Shown piece by piece: positions 12,773 to 26,400 of a stretch of DNA of 64,000 nucleotides. A program made the translations under genes and the position numbers. The notes under the pieces are model-generated. The model did no database searches. It was not told where the DNA came from and saw only the letters and a program-made list of their open reading frames with translations. The DNA lies in the NCBI RefSeq assembly GCF_964204865.1, contig NC_135258.1, positions 9,300,001-9,364,000 on the forward strand, written 5' to 3'. How positions within the stretch are numbered: the stretch's first letter is position 1; the number at the start of each line of letters is the position of its first letter. The stretch comes from Styela clava. Lineage: Eukaryota.

Positions 12773-14872
12773 ATGAGCATGGAAGTTGACCAACATGACA
12801 TGAGCGAGGTTTTCCCGGTTGCGGTTCAAGGTGTGCTCTCCGAGATAACAACAATGTATCAGCCCTACGTTGGAAAAATATTTGATACTGATGAGAGTAT
12901 AGTATTTGAAGGCATAAAAGAAATCAAAAACTTAGTTATTGGAAACAAAAAGCAAAAAACGAATTTTATTGTACTAGGAGTCGTTCCCAGATTGGTCTTC
13001 TTAATTGAGGACAGTAACACTTCGATGGAATTGAAAATACAATCTGCAATTGTACTTGGCAGTCTTGCAAAAGGAGTTGATGCAAATTTAAAGCATTTAT
13101 TAGATCACCGTGTTTTGGAAACTCTATGTAGCCATCTTACTACAAACGATTTGCAATTGTACGAAGCCACTGTTAGATGTTTACGGACTATCATAACTTC
13201 TACTGAAAGAACTACTGAATTGTTATACATCAACCCTTCTGAAATAATTCCAAAATTGTTAGAAAATATCAATCGTTCCAGTTGTACACAAGAATGTACA
13301 TGCGAGATTATTGCTCATTCTTGTATTGCACAAAACCATAAAGATCTTTTGATCAAACTTGATATTATAAATTTACTTGGTGATTTATTGGTTTCACCCA
13401 TTCGAAGGGTTAAGGTGAAGGCCTTGGATACGCTAGCTGCTCTATGTTACAAAAACAAAGAAGCCTGTAAGCAATGTGCCATGTCAAAAATAAAGGACAA
13501 ACCTCTTATGGAAATTGTGATAAGACTACTTAATGAAAGTCAACCTGCGGATATTCAAATGCGTGCTGCAAAATGTCTGACTTTCATGTTTCGAATGCGG
13601 GTTTTAACTGCAGATTCATGGGATCATGTTATTGTCAGAAAAGTGCTGACACGTTTGGTTAGAATGTGTGATATGGAATCGGACCCTGATCAGCGCATTT
13701 GCAGTGCCGAAACTCTTGCGTATTTGATCGAAGTTGATCCACCTTTGCAAAGACTTGCTTATATCTGTGAACAGTTTCCTCACAAATTAGAAGCTTATTT
13801 TAAATATCCTTCAGTAAGCTTAACAAAGAACGAACACAATATAAAATTCTTCAAGCACGCTTTAAAACATGGAAAACAGTTACACAGAGCAGGATTTTTA
13901 GCGTACGCCTCACTTCTTTCAAATGACGAAGATATCCGAAAACAAGTTGCCACAGAGCTGCTGGTAAAACACATTTCAGAATCTCTAATCGATCCTTGTG
14001 CATTAGTTCGCTCGGCTGCATTAAAATGCCTTTTAAGTTTATCTCGCTCCGTACATCTACTTCGTACAACTTTTCAGGACGTAGGTATTTGGAAATCATT
14101 ATTAAAATTGATGCAGGACTTTGCACAAGATATTAATGAAACAAAGATCATCAGCAGTGTATTGTGCAACCTAATGCTTGACATTTCACCCTGCAAAATG
14201 GACTTGAAAGCAGCTGGATTGATAAAAACCATAACTGAATGGTTAAATGTGGAGGATTTAAGACTGAACGCTATTTGGATCTTTATGAATATGTCGTTCC
14301 ATGCTGAATTAGCATTAAAATTAGAGATACTTGAAGCGATCAGCTTTGAACAGATATTGCAATTGTTACAAGACAGTGATCGTGATGTTATTATACGTAC
14401 TTTGGGACTCCTGCGTAACATACTCAGCTCGGATCAAGATAAAATAATGCCATTATATGGCGTAAATATCATACAAGCTTGTAAACACGTTTTAACTGCA
14501 TTCTCTGATGCTGGAACTGGCCATCCTGGCTTACATTCAGAGTACGAGTGCATACGTGCCCATATAGTGTGCATACTCGCAGGTGTGGCGGGTGGGGATG
14601 GAGGGTCAACAGTAAAGACCTTTCTCGAGAATGAAACGGAACTTTTGCAGCAAGTTGTTAGCTATTTGATGCATTTTGACCTTAATCTGCAAATGGCTTC
14701 AGTATCATTTATATACAATTTTGTTAGAATGAATACAGGCTGTGTGGAACGTCAGGCCGTAATGATAGAGTTGGGAGCAGTGAACAGCTTACAACATCTA
14801 CAAACCACTAACGATACTGTTCTTTATGATAAAGTGGATAAAGTACTTCAGCAGTTTCAGAATACAAAATAA
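12773..14872 (+). CDS. ARMC8: Armadillo repeat-containing protein 8 (CTLH/GID complex), 699 aa, intronless
   Basis: EIKNLVIGNKKQKTNFIVLGVVPRL, SAETLAYLIEVDPPLQRLA and CLLSLSRSVHLLRTTFQD resemble vertebrate ARMC8. Confidence 0.9.
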   Translation: MSMEVDQHDMSEVFPVAVQGVLSEITTMYQPYVGKIFDTDESIVFEGIKEIKNLVIGNKKQKTNFIVLGVVPRLVFLIEDSNTSMELKIQSAIVLGSLAKGVDANLKHLLDHRVLETLCSHLTTNDLQLYEATVRCLRTIITSTERTTELLYINPSEIIPKLLENINRSSCTQECTCEIIAHSCIAQNHKDLLIKLDIINLLGDLLVSPIRRVKVKALDTLAALCYKNKEACKQCAMSKIKDKPLMEIVIRLLNESQPADIQMRAAKCLTFMFRMRVLTADSWDHVIVRKVLTRLVRMCDMESDPDQRICSAETLAYLIEVDPPLQRLAYICEQFPHKLEAYFKYPSVSLTKNEHNIKFFKHALKHGKQLHRAGFLAYASLLSNDEDIRKQVATELLVKHISESLIDPCALVRSAALKCLLSLSRSVHLLRTTFQDVGIWKSLLKLMQDFAQDINETKIISSVLCNLMLDISPCKMDLKAAGLIKTITEWLNVEDLRLNAIWIFMNMSFHAELALKLEILEAISFEQILQLLQDSDRDVIIRTLGLLRNILSSDQDKIMPLYGVNIIQACKHVLTAFSDAGTGHPGLHSEYECIRAHIVCILAGVAGGDGGSTVKTFLENETELLQQVVSYLMHFDLNLQMASVSFIYNFVRMNTGCVERQAVMIELGAVNSLQHLQTTNDTVLYDKVDKVLQQFQNTK

Positions 14873-17483
14873 TTTTTGGTAACAAATGTACTGTTTCTTT
14901 TATTATAAATCAACTGATTGACCAGAGTCTTGACAATCAGCTATTGATATATAGAAGGCTTATAAGTTTTTGAAGTACCGGTAACTTAACTGCAATCTTT
15001 TTGAAAACAGCCTATGACATGGTTTGAGTTCAACAGACTAGTCCCTTGACGGCTGGTCATTGACGTTTGAACAAAAAATTTTTATGCACGAATGAAAGTT
15101 TCAAACCTTTTTGATATATTTTTTCTTACTTTGGAATTGTTGTTCTTTCATTATAACAAAATAGAAATGGCACACAAGTTTCTGGTATTCAAGTTCATGA
15201 CAGTACAGTTTGTTACTTAGTACACAAAACTAGTTCTTGACAAGGCAAATAGCTTCGATAAAATGAAGTATACCATTATTTATATATACCAAATTATCGA
15301 TATCTATTTCCCTATAATCATACCTAGATGGAAAATTTAAGTATATTTATCTTTTATTATAATATTAAATCTCTAAAAGTACTAAAGCAGTGGTGTCGCT
15401 TATGTCATTCCATTGACTAGGTATAAGGTTTATTCAATGGAAGAAGTTTTTCATTGATAATCATCCTTGCTTCGGTTATTTATTATCTGGTGGTAAACTC
15501 AGCACATACATGGTAAGTCCTTGTGGTATTCACAGAGTGAGTTTTATTTCTAGAATGCGTAATACTTTTCGCTTGGTAATTCCCTCCAATTATAATGTGC
15601 TGTATTCACAGGGCTGATGCAATCATCTGTTATTAAGGTGAACTAACAAAGGATATACTCTAATACCAGGAAGTTTAGTCAAATAAGATTGCAAGAATGA
15701 TTATTGATTTGCGGTGAGACAGGTTCATACAGATTCCAATAACATGTCTAAGTAGATTTGTGTGACATTATTGATTTTTTGTGGTTTGCTTTCCCAGATT
15801 AAACTGTGAGCAAGGCAAGAAAATTTTTTTGTGTAGGTTGTGTGCATTCTATATTTTCAACTCTGCATGTAAAGCAAGGAGATTATGACTGTATTAGAGT
15901 GATGATACGCTCAATATAACCCTAAAATACATTTCCTTTGTCTGAAATATCCGAATTTGGCATATTTCTACTGGCCAAGGTGGTTAGTGTTGAAACTAAG
16001 TACTTACTACACATGCATTGTCAGTGTAGCTTGTTCCATCCTGCTAATCATTGGGTGTGTGTCCACAGGCAATATTACTGGTACGCATTATAATTTCTAC
16101 CCCTTTTATTATATCACGCCATCTGTTCTAGAGTTTAGTCACATGTTTGTGCCATAGTATGATACTGGTAAATGCGAGGGCACTAGCAGCAAGATCGATT
16201 GTCACTGTTTGTAGCCCGTGATATAGACCCTCAAAGTTTATAGATTAGATACGCACCAGTGTACATATCTCTAGTTCCAAATCGTTTTTCGAAATTGGTT
16301 GCGACAGAACATTGTCTTGTAATTATAAGTTTCAATCTTAGAGACCATATTTTTATATGTTCTGGACAAACAAACCCAAAAGTTTTTCTTTTGAACATGT
16401 GGATAGCTCTTATTGACACCTTAAACAAAACCAGACAATTTCAATTTCAGTACTCTCACAAAGTCAATACCACTATATATATCGTACTTTCGCATTTATT
16501 TGCAAACCACTAGAGTATGCCATTAACACAGTTAAATATTACCAAATAATGTGATCCATTTCTTTAAAATCCATCAGCTCTGCATCTGAAGTAAGGTGAA
16601 TACGCTTTATAATTCATGGTATGTAGACTGAACGACGGAAACAATTGGAACAAGAGTCTTCAGTATCGAACTGCTCAATATGTCAAACTCACAATTCAAG
16701 CAAACGAAAGGTCTGTTTCGGTCGAATCAGGCTGTTGCATATAACAGATTGTAAGTTCAAAACATGCAAACAATTCGCTGTGCGTGTTTAAACAGGGTTG
16801 TTGAGTCCGAGATAATTAACAGTAGTCTCACTGTTTGGAATCAACTCTCGATTGAGATGAATTTTGACAGGGAACTCCGGCTTTAAATCTGAGAAAACCT
16901 ATGTAAGCCTTCTTCGATAGATTGTTAAAGCAATTAATGAAGTTTTTGACTCTTAGTAGGAAGATTTGACTTATTAAGCAGTATATTTACGACTCCGAAC
17001 CAAATTGAAACATGCTATTCTCTAAAAGGGATCTTTTGGTGTCCATGAAGAGGTTGACTTATTAACAGAGCCCCACAATAAATAAATGGAAATATGGCAT
17101 TATCTGTTGGAGCTTATAGATAATGTCATATTTGAATCACCGCCACATTTTGACTCTACCATTGTCAAATTTTATTAATGCCGTTATTGACTCTTTCAAC
17201 AGTTACAAAATAAACCAAGTCAGTATTTTAAAAGGTAAACGAATAGCTCGCGGAGCCTTAGGTTTCTCCCATGGTGCCCTTGTGCATTGTATGGAACACA
17301 ATGAGAACCTGTGCTCTAACTCTATTATAGCACTGGTATTAATGACAGATAAAACCTATCTGGAGTGATATTATCGATTCTAGCAAAAGTCAGATGGTTG
17401 GCATGTTCTCAAACTTGACTTAGACACAATCCAACAACGAGATCTGCAGCTAATTTTCAGTCGCCAACGCGGTCCAGCATAGC

Positions 17484-20400
17484 TCATGTCACAGTTGGTG
17501 TGTAGATACCGACTGCAAGTAGCAGGTTTCTTCTCGTAAAATGAAGATGTAAAAGAGGTGTTGATTTTGTGGTTACGGAAGCAAGAAGGTAGTTTGTGGT
17601 CTCTGGTAGTGTGACATGACCATGGCTTAAGTTGATGTCATAAGTATCAATATCAGAAATTGCTTTCTGAATATCCCAGATCTTTACTGTATTATCTGTT
17701 CCAGCTGAAACAAGTTTAAATAACAGAAAATAGTTTTAGACGAGTCATTTTGGTGACATTACATTAGAAATACACTATGTTTTCCCATATCCTGGACAAA
17801 AGTTGACTGCAGATTGTTATTTATCCATATATTTCTCGTTGTTTTCCCTCTTGTCCGGGAATAGTATAAAAAAAAAACTATCATTACAAATCAAACGCCG
17901 AAATATCATTTTGAAAGACGGTTATGTTGAAAAAATATACGCAGTTTCTGAAATATATTTCCACACCACCTGCAGATACTGTGTTAACCCTTTCCGTGCG
18001 GTGGGCACGTATACGTACCCACGACAAAAGTCGCTAGATTGCGGCGGGTACGTTGATGTACTCCACTGTTTTATTTAGCAATCGGTCACAAACTGTTGGT
18101 CTAGTTTTCCGGGTTTTAGTTTATTGATAAGAAGTCTTCTTCGAGATTAACATAAGCGACGGTAAATCTCGCTTTCGTTTACGACGGGAATTTTATTTGC
18201 GGCGGATCGAGGAAGTGTTTTTAAAATTTATGCAAATTTCGGTGTTTTTTGGGTGGTAATAGAAGACATATTATCCATTCCATCTACCAAAGTATTTTGA
18301 GTTAGATCACGAAATTGCTACAGCAATATTACGCTATTGTTTGCCAACTAGAAGCGCTAACAGTAAAGGATTTAGCGAGGTTTGAAGTTTCAACTCCCAA
18401 GAAAAAAAATGCCTTTTTTCTATCAGGTTTGTGACTCAGACCACCACTTTTTAAGCCGTCAGTGGGCAGCAGAGGATCATTAGTTTTTCGTTAGTCGATC
18501 GATTATTTTTGGGGTTCCAAATGCATAAAATCGGCGTACCAAATACGATTATTTAATAAAAAATAAAAATCGCATGGAAAGGGTTAAGTGAGGTTTGGTC
18601 ATCTTTAATAAACGTAAGACAGCAGTCATCGATGCAAACATATATGTATATTCTCAGGGAAAGTTTGATCATTTTCTCCCAACTTTACCTAGGCATTGTT
18701 AATAATGCAAAATCAAAGCACTCACCTGATGCTAATACTTCACCATCTCTACTGAAGCATATAGCACAAACCATGCTTGTGTGTTCAGTAAATTCCGCAA
18801 TCAAAACTTTATTTGGGATATCCCATACTAATACTTGATTGTCAGAACCTCCAGATGCCAAATATTTCCCATCAGGACTCCAGGCCAAGCACATTATGTT
18901 ACCCTAAAAAAAAATAAAAAGTGATTTTGGCGGTCCATATTCAATGATTGCAAAGAACAGTTGTCTTATAAGCACATATTTAAAATAATATAAATTACAT
19001 GTGGCGTAAAATTTTCAGGAATCATTCTGCACCATAAATATTTTTTTTTAATAATAATATATATCAGTGGATTCATACACTTAACCATTTGCAAAAATAT
19101 TGAATAGGGACAAGTAACTGGTTGACAATCTCCATATACGACATGGGCTGGTAACCCGGTCATTCTATCGGCCCTCCTCTCCCCCTGAGGTAAATATGAA
19201 AATCCCACCCTAGGATTTACATGTCTCATCGGTTTTCCACTACCCCGGGATAAATGTGAAATTGCTATCATATGTAAACAAAATCTGTAAATGTATATTA
19301 TGAGTATGCAATAAGACATCAAATTTTCACCTCAAACCTACCTAAACTAAAGCTTTTCTACCATAAATGATCCAACCAATCTAAAAAAAACATAAAATAG
19401 GCCAGGTTAAACCTACTTTATGTCCAGTGTAGACACGAACACAATTTCCGTTCAAATTGTCCCAGACTCGAACAGATCTATCGCTAGACCCAGTCGCTGT
19501 ATAATTTGAATTAGGATGAATCAGTACACATTCTACATCGCTCAGATGACCTGTAGGAAACAAAGAACCAAAAAATATAAATTCAATCAAAAAGTATGGT
19601 TTCCACTGGAATAGTTATAAATTAACTAAGTTTAACCCTAAGTTTTCTGCTGGCTGTGAGCTCTCACCCATTCATTGTCAGTGTACTGTCCAGACATAGG
19701 CGAAGTCAGGGTGGTCTGAGAGGCTATGCCTACCCGTACAAAAAAAAAGAATTTTCAAAATTTTTTTTCTCAATTTTTCATACAAGCTCTGTTCTTGAAC
19801 GATTTACTGGAAACTGGACGTTTCCTGGCTTGCAATCAATAATCCTGTCGCCAAATGAACCAAACAAGATAGATAAAAACGGGCGCTTATATGCCTACAG
19901 CAAAGTAAGTCTGTAGAGCGATTCTTTTAGATATTGTTAGGTATCAGTGGCTACGTTTATCTGACTTCGTTCGGAGGAAAAGGCTCGAATAACAGTCTTA
20001 TTACGTCGTTATACAGAAAAATTTGCCCCCATTGGGCAACGTAGCCCTACGTTATTGTTACCAGACAAAGAAATTTCACATCTGATATTTTTTCTAGGAA
20101 CATCTGCTCATGTGAAATTTACTACTTCATATCTGTTTTCGTGATTGTATTGATATGAACCATTCCAAGTTCCGTGTCAATCAGTAATTACTAACGATCA
20201 ATTCTACACTATAATTAAACTTTATTCACCACCCGTAACTTCGCTCAGAGATCAATACCTTCATGTCTGAGTCTCTTGGAACAGCTGTAGGCTATAATCA
20301 ATATAAGGCTATCCCTATGCAAGAAAAACGCCATAAGCTCGTACAACTTGAAATCCCAAAGAATATCAAACCATTTCGACATGACCATCCACTCTAGTAA

Positions 20401-23400
20401 CACTTTACCATAATTTTTTCACCTGCAAATATTCTGAGAGGTTGGTGATGGTCGGTTGACCACAGTCTTGCGACTCTATCTTGACCAGCTGAAGCAAAAT
20501 AGTGTCCATGTGGACCAAAAACTGCTCCCCATACTGACCAAACATGGCCCTTATATACAACAAGATTGGTCCATGTCAGAAGACTCCATAACCGAACCGT
20601 AGCGTCTTCTGACGATGAAATCAAATATTCTCGACAAGGACTGAAACCGACTGCGTAAACCACACCAGTATGCCCCAACAATGTCCTGAAAATAATACAG
20701 AACGAAAATAGGGTTTACGTAAACATACTCAATATATTGATCACACCTAAAAATGATTAGTTGGTCTTAGTTAGAGTCTAACTGCACTAAATATCATTCT
20801 TGGCCAAAGTCAGACTCAAACTTTAGCTATCTTGGCTTCAAATGTTAAATTCAGAAGGAGAAGGATTTACATATTTCTCGACTTGTTACCAGTCCAAGTC
20901 AGGTATGGGATTACTTATCCAGATTAGTTATCGGGAGCATGGAGCAGATGGTGGAAGGAGCCGTAACCAACCAGCAGTAACGTGAACGACCCTGTGGCGA
21001 CAAGAGTCCAGCAATCCTCTCATACATAACTATCCTTGCATGAGATTCGAACATGCGAACCCACACCGGGTAATCAGAAGTACGGTGGTGAAGTATTCCA
21101 AATGCTTAGCACGATGCGCCACACCCCAGAGTGAAAGTATAAGAATTACCATACAAAATATTAACGGCTTATCAAAACCTTAATTTACTAAAATTATGGT
21201 AACCGCACCTGCAATCAGATGCAGTTTTATCATCCATCATTCTATCTAATATATCATCGGATTCTTTATCCAATGCTGAAAGTTCTGATGCTACTTTTAT
21301 ATTTCTCAAACTGTGTGGAGTTAGACTCCATACTCGAATATATGAATCTTGAAATCCTGAGTAAAAAATTGACCGATTACAAGATGAAGTCCAAGACAAG
21401 GGTGTGGAGCTCGTAAGAATTCTGGACCACATTGCATGTTGGGAATTATGTTAAGGTCTGCATGCAGTTTCCGATCCATTTTTTCATAATTTATCCTATA
21501 GCAAATATTGGATAAGCGCAGTTTGCGGCATACATATATTGTGACATCATTTATGAGACAGACGAGGTATTGTTAATTTTTAAATATTAAATGACATTTA
21601 CATATTTCACTATTATCTCAATTCTTTGTATTTATTACAAAACAAAAGCAATAACAGTTTGTATTTTTTTCTTCAAAACTACTCTTTAAAAATTTTTAAT
21701 ACTAAAGATTAAAAAAGACATCGTTGTATTTTAATTCACAAGAACTTTTCTATGACTTATGTCTATGACATTTGACTTTTAGTCTAAGCATTACACTATT
21801 GTCTAAGCAATGAAAGAAACTCACCCGCAGCTAACAAAGAAGAATCATCACTGATGTTGATTGCAGTTACACCACTGAAAGCGTTTGTGAATGTATAACA
21901 ACATATTGACGGTACAACAAGATCAGGTCCGCCAAGCCGCACACGTTTCAAGCTTTCTTTAATGGCAGATATTTTCTCCAACTTATCAGCATCCTGAATG
22001 TGAAAGATGTATATAATTGAGTTGATGAGTTAGCAGACCCAAGACCCATTTATTTTTTTAAATTAAGTTACGTATGTCGTAATTATTGTACATCAAAGCA
22101 TATTGCTGCATCAATAACTAGATGCCATTGTTAGTCATGTGACAATGTCAACCTATTGGCATTACTAACGTCACAGTATGTTAAGATCTCAGTTCAGAAA
22201 CCACTGCCCACTGTCTCTTTCATACATGGTGTGATAAATTGGGTAAGCTATGCAGAACCGAAATATTTCTGAGGTTGTAGCATCATAGTAATAACTACTT
22301 GTACAGAGCCTTTTCAGAGTGTTTTTGATGCATGAAAAAGCATCACATAGAAAATTTATATAATGAACTATTTAATAATCACTGTTAAATAGTATGTTAA
22401 AAATCGCACATATTGATTGCGATATAAAACTTTTCAAATTTCCTGATTTGAAACGTCACTAAAATGAACAGATCCAACAAAATAAAAACGCTAGGAATCT
22501 TACGAAGTTAGTAGATGGCATAAGCATTCTTTTGAAATAGTAAGAGGAAATTGTATATACATCTAGCAACAGCCTCTTTTTTTGCTTCAACCTTATCTAG
22601 ATTTTTTATTTACTATAAAAGATTTACAGCGGACTACAAGGCACCTTCATTTCAGGCAGAGGTATTCTTGTAAGAGCCGGAGCATTGGGATCAGCTTTAT
22701 TTTTCCTCGACAAGATTTCTCTTTTCTTCTTTTTCTTGGGTTTAGAAGAACCTTCTGTTTGTTCTGAATCATTAGCACTTGCCATTTCATCATCGTCATC
22801 AAGCGTTATATCAATATCAGGTTCTTTTAGCAGCCCGTATAAAACCTAGAAAATTTGCATTACAGCAGCGGATGAAAGATAACTATTTCCATTTGCCAAA
22901 AATTGATTATACATCAACTCATGAAAATCCACTCCAGCCTTGTTCTGAACAAGCACTAGTCATATTTCTTCCACGTGTTATTTTCACATATTATTTCCAC
23001 AAAGATGTAATTAACAAGGTAGATGCAATAGAATTTTACATTTATCCCAAGAGAGCGACACAATGAGGTGTGGGCATGAGGCCTAGTTCTAAATTGATTT
23101 AAATTAGGAATTGGAACTACCAGGGTACACAAAGTTGGGCAAGCTATTCCATAAAATTAGCTTTTTACATAATGGTGGATGCCTCAATGAGAATAAAGGT
23201 GTGAATGTGACTCTTATGGAAAAGAAAATGACAAAGGGCAGTACTCATACAACTTTACATAAGTTAAACGCATTTTCATACATGAAGATGGAGGCAGTCG
23301 GAACTACAGATACAGTGATATCTCAGAAGTCGAACTCCTCAATACTCGAACAATTCGGTAGTCAACCAAAAAATTCTAGTAAAAAATCAAACGAAAATTC

Positions 23401-26400
23401 GTTGCTTGAACATCGGAGTTCGTAGTCGAGTGAGATGACGTCACCTCAATCGCGCATCTGACCATTCAACATGAGAGCAATGCTCAAATACATGGACACA
23501 AAGGCCAAAACGAAGTAGTACAGGTATACAATTTGTCACAGCAGACTACCGGTATGGCAACCTTCACTATTAATGTGAAAGTGAAACCACCACAAGATGT
23601 GTCATTTTTTATGACATTATCATACACAAAAAACGAATCCAATAGATCACACAGGAACTTGCTCAAACGTAAGTGCCATATCCAAATTTTTTTCATATTT
23701 ATTATGTTTAATCTTTATCATGTACATATTTAAATAATTATTGTTCCTTAGGTACACGTTTTGTTAATATTATGGAATGTGTGAGAATGAATTAAAATAA
23801 TTACCATTGTGTTTCACGATAAAAAAAGTTTCGGTACTCAGGCAAATCGGCAGTCGAACACCAAACCTGAATGAATTATGCTCAACTACCACGATATCAG
23901 TGTATATGAATTATCATGTGGCAGTCCATCAATTTGCGTCAGATTTGAACCTGTGTGTTTCACATAGGCAATCTGCATAGTCACCAGATCCATATAACAA
24001 TATTTGATTTAATCGATATTGACAAAGCGACAAAGTAATTAACCAAACCTTTATTTTATTTTCTTCTCTTTTTGCCTCTCCCCCCATTCCTCCAGCAGTT
24101 GAATGGATTTGTTTCTTGGTTCTTGGAAGTCCATCATAAACATCGATAAAAATATGATCTTGTACAATGTTCATAATCATTGGCAGATTTTTGTCCTGAA
24201 TAAATATTTTTCCATTTTATAAATAAATATTTTCCCATTTTATAAATAAACTTTTTTGTCACATATTTGTGCTATTTTCACATCGAACCTGGTGTTGGGC
24301 ATGAGATTTGAACCCAAGATTCTAACCTGCATTTCCAGCAAATTAAGACTAACATTGTACACACCACACCACTTGATTCTAATTGCTTAAATATATCTAT
24401 GACCGAGTCAGTTAATAAAATATCCAGTAAAACAAAGGGGTACCACCTTAATATGCGATCTCACTGGCCTAATGTGATCTCATTCACAAACCAAAGTGGC
24501 ACAAATTTGGTATGTTCGTCTGTGATCTCACTGGTTTAACATGATCCTAATCACATACCAAAGTGGCACCAACAAAGGTATACTTGACGAAGAATTAACG
24601 ATGATTCAAATAGAAAAATATGATATAAAAATATGATATATTTACAACAATTGTCCCCATAAAGTTCCTAATATTTCATTTTAAATACCTGTAGATATCT
24701 TTTCAACATTTGAAACGAATCTCGAGACATTTTGATAACAAATTCGCTGCTGTGAAAAACCCTCATCAACTCATTTCCTTCCATATGTTCTTTCTTTGTC
24801 ATTGTCGATAATTTGATTAAATCTTCTTCATGAAAATCTTCTAATTCTCCACTAAAGAATAAGGAAAGGAATTTTTTAATTAACCCCGAGAAAAATTTCT
24901 CAATTGTAGAACTTCTGCTTTGTCGAATTTCCTAACAGTGCAGACTTGAAGTGTTTCATGTTTCTAATTAACTTGGTATTTTAAGTCACAGGAAGAAATA
25001 TATATCTTTCTATTGTATGTTTGAAGTAGAGATTCTTCTATCATATTCTTTATTTTTATTTCACAGCCTCTTTCTGAGTAAAGTGGAGAAGTTGCAAAAA
25101 TAATGCATTTAATTGTGATTTATGAAAAGGAAATAATTCTAAATTACTACGTTCATTTCTCCTAACATCTTAGTGACCCCCAAAAAAATTTATCAACTGG
25201 AAAATAGCTTGAAACAAATTGTATCACTCCAAGTTCACATTATATTTGAGCAATTTTTATAAAAGTATTCTAGGATCAAAAACTGCATTCACTTCAATTG
25301 AATCAAAAATTAAAAAGTGGTCATATCTACTATAAACATGATTGACCGTCTATACAACTTGCTTAATCACCTGTATTGTAGAAAAAATAACTTTGCCTTT
25401 TCCGCATGATTATTGTATAAGAGTTCTAGATACATATGAACAAATACTGGATATAATACTTGAGCTAATTCCCATTTATGTGAGTCCAAATTTGATTCGA
25501 TGAACTGCTTTAACATTCTACAAATATAAGAGGATAGAATCTCATAGACAATAACAAATAATTCACTCTTTCGAATACATTCAAAATTATTATTTTTGAA
25601 TATGCAATATTGAATTTATTCGAAAATAAAACCAAGCAATAGAAGCTTTTCTTAGGAGGAATTTGCAAAACAGTGGAATAACTGTCATCTACAACTGTCA
25701 TCAATCTGGCTATTTATGACACATTTTATGTCCGCAGATTGCTGTCAGAGTGGTAATGCTTCTATTTTTTCGTAAGAGTCGAGTTATTTTATTTGTCACT
25801 TCAAAAAACAATCAATCAAGAACAAAAATTTGTCATAAATAAATATTGAAATGACAAGTGCTGTGAAGGACGGAATGATCCGGCATCGAGTCTACAACAC
25901 CTTAAAAAGATAAAAAAAATAAATGAATAGAAGAAACAAATAAAAAGAGTAGTAATAGTATCAAAAGTATGTAAATAAGAATAAGTATGAAAGTCCAAAT
26001 CAAAAATTATTTATCACAATTTCTGAAATGACAATGACATAGAATCAAATCTTTGATTGGTTGTTATCTTCCGTGCGAGCGTGAGCCGCATATTGTTGCC
26101 AGCATTGCCACCATTCCCTTGCAAAGCTCCTAATTTACGCATTCATTTTTTCCTTTACTTTGAAAAATTGAAACACCTGACACCCACTCAAGTTTAGTCA
26201 ATGACTCGAGTCAAGCAATCAATCAAATCGCTCAGAAAAAGCACAATAAAATCAAAATAAGAGATCTGTATATAGTCAGTCATGTCTTTGCTTGGAAGGG
26301 ACAGAATAACCGTGAAATGACTATTCGATCTACTTGTCAACGGCAACCTTGCAATATGAATAAATTCTAAGAATATAAAATTACCACAAAATAAACGGGT

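Noticed and set aside
13851-14421. Minus-strand ORFs within ARMC8
   Set aside because: Antisense shadows.
19695-20319. Possible catagg...cctatg-bounded transposon
   Set aside because: Only a 6-bp terminal match and no TSD.
24290-24375. tRNA-like sequence on the minus strand
   Set aside because: Too degenerate for a cloverleaf; at best an old SINE head.
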